DNA of 23,514 nt, from positions 1 through 23,514 of the forward strand of contig JBAYPN010000012.1 of NCBI GenBank assembly GCA_041677685.1, given 5' to 3'. Shown here in pieces: positions 15,873-22,978 of this stretch (positions within the stretch are counted from its first letter, which is position 1; every line of letters starts with the position of its first letter). The DNA comes from an archaeon. Lineage in GTDB: Archaea; Iainarchaeota; Iainarchaeia; Iainarchaeales; CSSED10-239. A model generated the notes under the pieces. The model saw only the letters and a program-made list of their open reading frames with translations, was not told where the DNA came from and made no database searches. The translations under genes and the position numbers were made by a program.

Positions 15873-16310
15873 TTAAGCATGGAACTTTCTTTCAACATCA
15901 TTAACTAAAACATCACAATCAGCTTTTATTTTTTCTAATGCTTTAATTATTCTAATTTTTTCTAATTCAATTGTTTGTATATTTTCAAAAGTTTCAATTG
16001 CTTGTTTAAACATTCCGTAATCAACATAACTATAATCAAAGTCATTCATTTTTTTACAAATTGTTTTAACTAGGTTTCCTAAAAATATATTCATTTCTTT
16101 TTTTACAATTGATTTAATTTGTTTGTTTGGATCTAAGCTTTCTCTCATTAACCTAACCACTCTTGCATTTGGGAAAGGTAAAGCTTCATCTTCTTCTAAT
16201 TCTTCATCAGTGTCTATGTCTTTGTTTTCTATATCTTTTCCATCTAATTTTGTAGTATTGTCTATTGAATTATCTACAACTTCTTCTTTTTTTAAATCAA
16301 CATCATTCAT
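15873..16310 (-). CDS. Histone-fold protein (CBF/NF-Y/archaeal histone superfamily) with an acidic N-terminal tail and a helical C-terminal extension
   Basis: The core LPFPNARVVRLMRESLDPNKQIKSIVKKEMNIFLGNLVKTICKKMNDFDYSYVDYGMFKQAIETF aligns helix-by-helix with HMfB (LPIAPIGRIIKDAG...) and with NF-YB/NC2 (LP.A.V.R.M). It has a 45-aa D/E-rich N-terminus. GGGGT SD-like element upstream. Confidence 0.55.
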   Translation of the reverse strand: MNDVDLKKEEVVDNSIDNTTKLDGKDIENKDIDTDEELEEDEALPFPNARVVRLMRESLDPNKQIKSIVKKEMNIFLGNLVKTICKKMNDFDYSYVDYGMFKQAIETFENIQTIELEKIRIIKALEKIKADCDVLVNDVERKFHA

Positions 16311-16575
16311 ATCAAATTACCCCTTTTTTTTTATTATAAAAATTAGCTTATTAACTGTAATAATTATGTTAGAAAGTATTTAAATATGTTATTATTTGGG
16401 ATGATTTATAAGAAAATCTAATAATAATTTACATAATATTTAATATGTATTTATCTATTTTTAAATTAGATTATTTTGATTTTTTTAGATGAAAAAAAGG
16501 ACTTAAAAAAAGGTCAAAAAATTATGTTTAAATTTAACTTAAAAAGAAATGGTTTGGAATTATTTAATTTGATTT

Positions 16576-16605
16576 GAGTTGAGTTGAGTTGAGTTGAGTT
16601 GAGTT
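16576..16605. repeat. Pentanucleotide microsatellite (GAGTT)x6
   Basis: Six perfect tandem copies, preceded by one degenerate copy (gattt). They sit inside the 418-bp intergenic gap 16311-16728. Confidence 0.95.
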
Positions 16606-16728
16606 GAAAAAGAGATTAGAAATAAAAAATGGAAAAAAATTAGAAATTAAAAACATTTAAAGAAATTAAATTTTAGAAAACTTAAGAAATTGAAAATAAA
16701 AAATAAAGAAAAAAAGAGAAGTTAGAAA

Positions 16729-16935
16729 TTAATATTCTGAATCAGAATCACTACTATCATCCCAATCATCATCAACATCTTCATCCCAATCATCTTCTAT
16801 CTTTTCAGAATCATCCTCTTCTAAAACATCCTTTCCATTTTTGTGTGGGTCTTTGTCATAATCAAAATCAGAAGGATCATAATCTGTCCCTAACTTAACT
16901 AATTTTAAATCTTCTGTAATTATAAAATTGTTCAT
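16729..16935 (-). CDS. Small, extremely acidic hypothetical protein (68 aa) with repeated DDWD motifs
   Basis: ORF with a GGAGAG SD-like element about 9 nt upstream of the ATG. The C-terminal half reads EEDDSEKIEDDWDEDVDDDWDDSSDSDSEY. No family recognised. Confidence 0.5.
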   Translation of the reverse strand: MNNFIITEDLKLVKLGTDYDPSDFDYDKDPHKNGKDVLEEDDSEKIEDDWDEDVDDDWDDSSDSDSEY

Positions 16936-17034
16936 AAATAAAAACTCTCCTTTTTTATTATTTTTAATAATATTATCTTATAGAACAAAAACATTTAAAT
17001 AATCATTTACATTTATAAAAATAGATTTTAAAAG

Positions 17035-17109
17035 TGGGAATGGCAGGATTCGAACCTGCGGCCTCTCGATTATCAGTCGAGTGCTCCAACCAGACTAAGC
17101 TACACTCCC
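17035..17109 (-). tRNA. tRNA-Ile (anticodon GAU), 75 nt, no encoded CCA
   Basis: Minus-strand read: GGGAGTG TA GCTT AGTCTGGTTG GAGC A CTCGA CTGATAA TCGAG AGGCC GCAGG TTCGAAT CCTGC CATTCCC A. A TATA-like TTTATA lies at about -28 to -33 (17137-17142). Confidence 0.9.
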
Positions 17110-17297
17110 AAATTATTTTTTTAACTTTTAAAAAACTATAAACTCCATTATAAAAAAACTATATTTTTATATTCTAAGGTATATTAAGATAAAAAAAGAA
17201 TATAAACATTTCTATTCATAATTATTTAACTTAATAAGGAAATAAAAACCTTTCTTTTTTTTAAATTGTAAAAAGAAGTGTTTTCTATTTTAAAAAC

Positions 17298-17370
17298 AGT
17301 CCGGTAGTGTAGGGGCCAAGCATGTCAGGCTTTGAACCTGGCGACAGGAGTTCGAATCTCCTCCGGACTA
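17298..17370 (+). tRNA. tRNA-Gln (anticodon UUG), 73 nt, A1-U72 first pair
   Basis: AGTCCGG TA GTGT AGGGGCCAA GCAT G TCAGG CTTTGAA CCTGG CGAC AGGAG TTCGAAT CTCCT CCGGACT A. The cloverleaf closes with a few G-U pairs. Confidence 0.85.
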
Positions 17371-17399
17371 TTTATCTTTAAATTGGGATGGTAAAAGAT

Positions 17400-17597
17400 A
17401 TGGGTTTTAATTTGTTTAAGAAAAAAGAAAAAAAAGAAACTAAAAAGGAATATCAAATAGATTTGGTTAATTCTAAGTACCCTGAGGAAACGTGTGCACT
17501 CTGTAGTCAAAAAGGTTGTGATAAAAAATGGGGTGGACAATATTGGCATAAAAAATGTCTAAGAAGCACAAAGGGGATGGCAAAGGGAATGATCTGA
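17400..17597 (+). CDS. Small lysine-rich putative zinc-binding protein (CxxC...C...WHxxC)
   Basis: It is one of only three plus-strand features in the window, and it does not lie antisense to another gene. Sequence: MGFNLFKKKEKKETKKE...ETCALCSQKGCDKKWGGQYWHKKCLRSTKGMAKGMI. The track start at 17388 (MVKDM) is an alternative. It begins about 17-30 nt after tRNA-Gln. Confidence 0.4.
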   Translation: MGFNLFKKKEKKETKKEYQIDLVNSKYPEETCALCSQKGCDKKWGGQYWHKKCLRSTKGMAKGMI

Positions 17598-17612
17598 TTT
17601 TTTTAAAAAAAG

Positions 17613-18104
17613 TTAATTAAAAATTTCCCTTTTAATCTTTGCCTTAGTTTGTAATATATTATCTAGATGAACATTCATGTTTTTTTCAAGTCTTGTTGCC
17701 TCTAAATTAAATTCTTTTGCTTTCCCAGCAATCAAATATTCTTCTTCTCTAATCTTTTCAATTTGTTCTAATTCTCTTCTAACAATAATGTATCTTTTTA
17801 GAGAAAAATAATAAGCTGTGTAACTATCAAACATCTCATTAAATAATACTTTTGTAATTTCATTTTTATAGATCTTTTTTCCATCTAAAATAAAGTTACT
17901 TTGTTGTTTGGTCCCTAACTTTTTATTATTAACAACTTCGTTAATAACCTTTAGATGTTGGATCAACCAATCAATTGGTTTGTCTCTATAATTTTTATAG
18001 TCTAAAAAAGGTCTATCTTTTGGTTTTTGTGACTCTTTTATAACTGATTCATCAATCTCAAACTTACTATCAGAACTTGTACTTCTTTTAAAAATTTTAA
18101 ACAT
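17613..18104 (-). CDS. Hypothetical protein (163 aa), K/E-rich and predicted helical, no recognised family
   Basis: Complete ORF with a GGAG SD-like element 9 nt upstream of the ATG (minus-sense ggagaaataaattATG). Confidence 0.55.
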   Translation of the reverse strand: MFKIFKRSTSSDSKFEIDESVIKESQKPKDRPFLDYKNYRDKPIDWLIQHLKVINEVVNNKKLGTKQQSNFILDGKKIYKNEITKVLFNEMFDSYTAYYFSLKRYIIVRRELEQIEKIREEEYLIAGKAKEFNLEATRLEKNMNVHLDNILQTKAKIKREIFN

Positions 18105-18184
18105 AATTTATTTCTCCTTAAGCATAATTAAATACATGACTAATATATGTATAGATAATTATATTTAAAAACAATTGGTTATTA

Positions 18185-18712
18185 CTAAACTAAACCAAAC
18201 TTCTTTTTTAATTTGAATTTTGTTATAGTCTTCTTAATTTCTAAGACAACATCCTTTGGAGAAACAGACAAAACTTTAAAATTTAGAAGAACATTCCATC
18301 CAACATCCCCCTGAAACCTTGGAAGGATATGAAAGTGAAGATGAGAGATACTTTGACCTGCAACATCACCAATACTTGCACCTATGTTAAATCCATCTGG
18401 TTTTAGATAAATGTCTAAGGCATAAACACAAAGATCAATTGAATTAAAGATCTCTATTCTTTCTTTAGTTGTTAGATCTGTGATGCTGTTTACATGCCTT
18501 TTTGGAATAATCAAGAGGTGCCCTGTGCCATAAGGATATTTGTTTGCACAAATAAAGCAAGTTTTTGATTCTAAGATTAATAGATCTTTTTCAGATTTAC
18601 AAAAGACACATTTTTTTAGGTTTTTACTTTCCTTCTTTTTAGAAGCTTCTATGTATTTTTGTCTGCCTGGAGCATATAAGATATTTTTATTTTCAACTAA
18701 CATAATAATCAT
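18185..18712 (-). CDS. HIT (histidine triad) family nucleotide hydrolase/transferase, Ap4A-phosphorylase-like branch
   Basis: Histidine triad SISHLHFHILPR. Also CVFC...NKYPYGTGHLLIIPKRHV, which resembles the N.YPY..GH....P.RH pattern of ATP adenylyltransferase-type HIT proteins. The ATG overlaps the upstream stop (ATGA at 18709-18712). Confidence 0.75.
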   Translation of the reverse strand: MIIMLVENKNILYAPGRQKYIEASKKKESKNLKKCVFCKSEKDLLILESKTCFICANKYPYGTGHLLIIPKRHVNSITDLTTKERIEIFNSIDLCVYALDIYLKPDGFNIGASIGDVAGQSISHLHFHILPRFQGDVGWNVLLNFKVLSVSPKDVVLEIKKTITKFKLKKKFGLV

Positions 18713-19524
18713 AATTGTTTACTTTTTTTAAAGAGGATGTAAGAGACTAAAAAAACACACATTAAGACAAAGGCCTTAATTACTACCCAAAGATATAAAT
18801 ATAAAATGTAGAGAATGTTTTTAGAAACACTTACAAAAATTAAATTGTTTTTTAAAAATATAAAATTACTAATTGTTATTAATATTATTTCAATTATGAA
18901 TAATACTAAAGTTAAATTTAGAATTTTATTAAAAACATCCTTTAGCTTAAAATTATGCCTTACAGCCTCAGAAGAAAAAACCAAATATGCAAAGAAATTG
19001 ATTAGGACTATAAAAAAGACAAACAACTTATATAGAAAGGATGACTTAAAAAAAGAAACAAAAATTGAAGGAAAGCTTGTGTTCATAACTAAATTGAAAG
19101 CAAAATCAAAAAATATTATGAACAACAAAACAACAATTGGAATCCACACAAGCTTATAATAACCCTTTAGGCCAAACAACTCTTTAAAAAAAGAAGTCTT
19201 TGAACTTGTGATTGGTTCTTTTAGTTCCATTATTGTTTTTACTTGTAGAGGCTTGTCTTTTTTCTTAACTTTTACTTTTGGAAGATTTACTTTTTTTGAA
19301 GAAACTTTTTTTAAATTTGGAACTTTTTTTAGATTAAGATTATTTTCTAATTTAGAATTTTTTTTTAATTTAGAAGTTTTGTTTAAAGAATTATTCTTTT
19401 TAGAAGTAGACACTACTGATTTTTTAGAGCTACTGTTTTTCTTTTTAGAAACTAGATTTTTACCTTTTTTAGAAGCTTTTGTTTTTTGCATATTAAAAGA
19501 AAAGAAGGAAAAGATTTTAAACAT
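18709..19524 (-). CDS. Hypothetical membrane protein: ~100-aa lysine/serine-rich basic N-terminal region followed by ~4-5 TM segments
   Basis: It fills the gatE-HIT gap exactly, overlapping at both ends: 8 nt with the gatE stop (ATGTTTAA) and 4 nt with the HIT start (ATGA). N-terminus KKGKNLVSKKKNSSSKKSVV...NLKKVPNLKKVSSKKVNLPKVKVKKK; C-terminal half is hydrophobic. An alternative start is M12 (MQKTKASKK). Confidence 0.6.
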   Translation of the reverse strand: MFKIFSFFSFNMQKTKASKKGKNLVSKKKNSSSKKSVVSTSKKNNSLNKTSKLKKNSKLENNLNLKKVPNLKKVSSKKVNLPKVKVKKKDKPLQVKTIMELKEPITSSKTSFFKELFGLKGYYKLVWIPIVVLLFIIFFDFAFNLVMNTSFPSIFVSFFKSSFLYKLFVFFIVLINFFAYLVFSSEAVRHNFKLKDVFNKILNLTLVLFIIEIILITISNFIFLKNNLIFVSVSKNILYILYLYLWVVIKAFVLMCVFLVSYILFKKSKQL

Positions 19525-21442
19525 TGTTATTTTTTAAAAAAGTCTTTAACTTCTCAGACACCATTCTAGAAATAACTTTCCCATCAACTAACCCTTTTGT
19601 CTCAGACATTACCCTTCCCATCAGTAACCCAACAGACCTTTCTTTTAGTTCTAAGATCTTTTGTTTATTGTCCTCAATAACTAAGTCAATAACCTTAGAG
19701 AGATCAGTTGATTGCTCTAAAAAGCCTAAGTCTAATAAAGCTTTATCTATCTTTACATTATTGTTAAAAGAATAAACAAAGCACTCTAGTAACTTTTGTT
19801 TAGGAACTTTATTAAAGTCTTTGTCTAAGAAGAAATTGATTAGATCAGAGTATAGAACATCATCAAGATCAATTAAATTATCCCTTTGTGCTTTTATTAG
19901 ATCTTCTAAGAGAAAAACACAAACAGTTGTTGGAGAAATTTTTGAATTTGAAACTATGTTTTCAAAGACTGGAGCAAAATTACTTAGTTTCATCTTATCT
20001 ACCAATTGTGAATTTAATTTAAATTTTTCTAAGTAAAGTTTTTCTCTTTCTTTAATTGTTAGAGGCAAGGAGTTGTTTACTTCTTTTAGGTAATTTGGAC
20101 TAAACTCAATTGCACCCAAGTCAGTTTCAGGATACATTCTTGCACTTCCTGAAAGTGGTCTTTGATATTCTGTGTTTCCTTCTACTGTTGCCATTCTTGT
20201 TTCTTTTGGAACACCAACTAACAATTGGTTTAGTCTTTTTTCTATAATTCTTTTTACATCTTCAATTTCATCAGCAAAGCACATAACCATTATGAAAGAA
20301 TCATTCTCTTTAAGATTTATCTCTTTTTTAATATTTACGATATCTTCCTTTGTTATTCCGTAGTTTGGAAGTTCGTCTAGGTGGAAAATACCTTTTAGAG
20401 TTGTTGTTGCTTTTAGGACACTTGCAATTTCTGTTCCAAGTCTTCTGTCTGGCTGAATTTCATAACCTAAAAGATCTTTAAAATTTTCTAACCTAAAAGC
20501 AAAGATTTCTTTTTTTAAATTAAAAGAATTTTTGATAACTTTTGATTCTGTTTTTGAAAAGAGACAAGTTATTTTTTTTGTGTCTAGGCTTATTTTTTTC
20601 ACAGCTCTTTTTAGAAGTTCTTCTTTAATTTCTAATAGACTTAATTGTCTTACAATCTCTCTCTTTACAATCTCTGGAATCAAGTCAAGGTTTTGTGCAC
20701 CTTTAACTTCTACTCTTGAACCTCTCTTTATAGAGATATTTATATCTTGTCTAATACTTCCAAGGCCTCTTTTAGTTTTGCCTGTAGATCTAAAAATCTG
20801 TCCAACTTTTAATGCAACAGTCTTTGTGTCTTCAGGGGTGTGAATATCATGCCAAACTACAAGTTCAATTAATGGTATGCCTAATCTATCTAAAGAATAG
20901 ATCACTTTGTCATCTGTTCTTTCAATTGCCCTTGCTGCATCTTCCTCTAAAAGGATCTTGTCTACCCTTACCTTTCCAAAATCAAAATCAAGACTTCCAT
21001 TTGTAGAAATTAATGCTGTTCTTTGAAAACCAGAGACATTTGAGCCATCAACAACTTGTTTTCTCATAACATATGATCTATCTACAAAAACTGAGTTTGT
21101 TAGCTTTGTTATTACCCCTGCAATCTTTAGGGCTTCATTGTTGACTGGAAAAGGTGGTTGAGAATCAGTTTCTACTAGGCAATTACAAGAGTTATAAAAG
21201 TTATAAACAAATAATTTGTTTTTATTTTGTTCCTCTTTTGCTGTTGAGTCAAGCTCTCCTGCTTCTGAAGAGACTGCTCTTAGTCTTCTTGAAATTGTTT
21301 TATCAGGTTTAGTTGACTCATTAATTAATTTAGATTTACAATTGCAAAAGAGTTTATGGGTGTTAAGTTGTTGATGTAACTCTATACCACAACAAAGACC
21401 TAGCTCTTTATAATCTAAATTATCTATATCTATTTTTTTCAT
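19517..21442 (-). CDS. gatE: Glutamyl-tRNA(Gln) amidotransferase subunit E (archaeal GatE)
   Basis: N-terminus YKELGLCCGIELHQQLNTHKLFCNC matches the GatE/GatB cradle-domain signature (G...GLEIHQQL.T.KLFC.C). At 641 aa it has the typical GatE length. It lies directly downstream of gatD. Confidence 0.88.
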   Translation of the reverse strand: MKKIDIDNLDYKELGLCCGIELHQQLNTHKLFCNCKSKLINESTKPDKTISRRLRAVSSEAGELDSTAKEEQNKNKLFVYNFYNSCNCLVETDSQPPFPVNNEALKIAGVITKLTNSVFVDRSYVMRKQVVDGSNVSGFQRTALISTNGSLDFDFGKVRVDKILLEEDAARAIERTDDKVIYSLDRLGIPLIELVVWHDIHTPEDTKTVALKVGQIFRSTGKTKRGLGSIRQDINISIKRGSRVEVKGAQNLDLIPEIVKREIVRQLSLLEIKEELLKRAVKKISLDTKKITCLFSKTESKVIKNSFNLKKEIFAFRLENFKDLLGYEIQPDRRLGTEIASVLKATTTLKGIFHLDELPNYGITKEDIVNIKKEINLKENDSFIMVMCFADEIEDVKRIIEKRLNQLLVGVPKETRMATVEGNTEYQRPLSGSARMYPETDLGAIEFSPNYLKEVNNSLPLTIKEREKLYLEKFKLNSQLVDKMKLSNFAPVFENIVSNSKISPTTVCVFLLEDLIKAQRDNLIDLDDVLYSDLINFFLDKDFNKVPKQKLLECFVYSFNNNVKIDKALLDLGFLEQSTDLSKVIDLVIEDNKQKILELKERSVGLLMGRVMSETKGLVDGKVISRMVSEKLKTFLKNNNV

Positions 21443-21452
21443 ATTTAATCAA

Positions 21453-21557
21453 CAACTTATTTTCTAACAGCAACTTATTTTCTAACAGCAAATCTTTTCT
21501 AACAGCAAATCTTTTCTAACAGCAACTTATTTTCTAACAGCAAATCTTTTCTAACAT
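21453..21557. repeat. Six contiguous tandem repeats (17/18 nt, two variants in order A-A-B-B-A-B) filling the gatD-gatE spacer
   Basis: A = caacttattttctaacag at 21453-70, 21471-88 and 21523-40. B = caaatcttttctaacag at 21489-505 and 21506-22; the 21541-57 copy ends in t instead of g. The shared core is TTTTCTAACAGCAA. Confidence 0.95.
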
Positions 21558-21566
21558 CAGCAATAA

Positions 21567-22907
21567 CTATTCTAAAGATTTTTCAAAGGAACCCGCAATT
21601 TCTTTGTTTGAAATTTCTCCAACTAAATTTATTTTCATAAAATTAATTATTTCTTTTTTTGTTTTAAATCTTGAAAGTGTATTTGCTAATTTTAGGTAAG
21701 CAACCTCTACAAGCATGTCATGTTGCTCTAAAAATTCAACACCAATTTTTTCTAAGTGTCTTAGGTTTGCATAAACTTTCCCATTTACTCTTCCAAAGAT
21801 TGATTGAGAGCACATAATTACAATTACATTATTTTCAATTGCTTTTTTAAGGTAAGGTAACCAACTATTATCCTCATAACCATTTTCTGTTTTTAAAATT
21901 GGGACATGCCCTAATGCTGTGCCTTCAATTACTAGGCCCTTATAGTTGTTCTCTAAATACCAATCAATTATTTTTGGATCAGAATCAGGATAGACTTTAA
22001 TGATTGCAACTTTGTTACAGAAAAGATTATTTAGAATTGGTTGTTTTAAAACTACAATTTCATTTTTATTAACTAAATATTCTATGGTTCCATTTTGGTA
22101 GACTTTTGCAATTGGGTAATCATTTATTGCTCTAAAAGAATCTCTTCTAGAAGTATGTAGCTTTTTTGATTTTACAGCTTTAATAACATAACAAAAATCA
22201 TCATTAATTGAGCCATGCATAACTGTATAGACTCCAGGAATCTTCTCTTTAACAAAGTGAGCTGCACAGATAAGGTTCATGGAGCCATCAAAGCTTGCTC
22301 TGTCAGGGGACTTTTGGGCACCAACCAACAACACTGGTTTGTTAATGTTGTCTATTAAAAAGGAGATTGCTGAGCCTGTCCAGGAAAGAGTGTCTGTGCC
22401 ATGTGTGATTATTACCCCATCAATTTCTTTTTGAATAATTGAATTATAAACAATTTTTGAAATTTCTTGCCAATCTTTATAACCTAAATCTTCACTTGCT
22501 TTTATGAATGGGGATTTTGTTTCTTTAATATTTATTATTTTTTCAAGTTCTGGAGTTGTAGAAATTATTTCTTCTGGAGTTCTGCACATAAAGACTCCAC
22601 CAGTATTGTAATCTACATGAGTTCCAATTGTTCCACCTGTTCCAATGTACACAATGTTTGGTAGATCTTTGTTATAGTTTAGAGGTTGAACTTTTGGTTT
22701 TCCTAAGCTTATCTTTTGATCTTCAATTGTTACTTTTGAAGAACTAGTAACTAGAACATCAACATTATAGCCATTGTCAAGTAATCTAATTTTATAAAAA
22801 TTATCTTTAATATCTACTAGATATCCTCTAAAGGTAATCTCTTTATCTTCCTTAACATTAGTAATTGTTATTAACTTTCCAACATCTTCTTTTAAAAGTG
22901 CACACAT
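21567..22907 (-). CDS. gatD: Glutamyl-tRNA(Gln) amidotransferase subunit D (archaeal GatD, asparaginase-like)
   Basis: Asparaginase-type motifs IGTGGTIGTHVDYNTGGV and ITHGTDTLSWTG, plus an N-terminal GatD-specific domain. 446 aa. Adjacent to gatE. Confidence 0.88.
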   Translation of the reverse strand: MCALLKEDVGKLITITNVKEDKEITFRGYLVDIKDNFYKIRLLDNGYNVDVLVTSSSKVTIEDQKISLGKPKVQPLNYNKDLPNIVYIGTGGTIGTHVDYNTGGVFMCRTPEEIISTTPELEKIINIKETKSPFIKASEDLGYKDWQEISKIVYNSIIQKEIDGVIITHGTDTLSWTGSAISFLIDNINKPVLLVGAQKSPDRASFDGSMNLICAAHFVKEKIPGVYTVMHGSINDDFCYVIKAVKSKKLHTSRRDSFRAINDYPIAKVYQNGTIEYLVNKNEIVVLKQPILNNLFCNKVAIIKVYPDSDPKIIDWYLENNYKGLVIEGTALGHVPILKTENGYEDNSWLPYLKKAIENNVIVIMCSQSIFGRVNGKVYANLRHLEKIGVEFLEQHDMLVEVAYLKLANTLSRFKTKKEIINFMKINLVGEISNKEIAGSFEKSLE

Positions 22908-22978
22908 AATTTTTTACCTATATTATTAATTATAATTTTTAAATATATAATTATACAGTAAAAACCTTTTATAAGTTT

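Noticed and set aside
10156-16618. Dispersed element AATCTCTTTT(T)/AAAAGAGATT seen at about 10130, 10156, 11791, 11813, 13620, 13648 and 16608
   Set aside because: The same word occurs repeatedly inside coding regions (reverse complement of AAA-GAG-AT[T/A] Lys-Glu-Ile codons, e.g. near 5090 and 7545). Without a background model I cannot claim it is a true repeat family. It is retained only as a low-interest note for the ileS and tRNA-Ile sites.
17325-17549. 74-aa minus-strand ORF
   Set aside because: It overlaps the 3' half of tRNA-Gln and runs antisense to the zinc-finger-like ORF. The product includes an F-rich homopolymer translation (FFFFFF).
18540-21006. Plus-strand ORFs at 18540-18731, 18815-19159, 19208-19537, 19524-19775, 19821-20036, 20172-20363, 20532-20843 and 20812-21006
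   Set aside because: All are antisense to the HIT gene, the 271-aa gene or gatE. The minus-strand genes form a continuous operon with overlapping start/stop codons and recognisable families, and the plus-strand products are F/L/S-rich with no motifs.
21453-21557. Possible mini-CRISPR array
   Set aside because: The repeats are directly contiguous with no spacers. The units are only 17-18 nt, with no internal palindrome, and there are no cas genes nearby.
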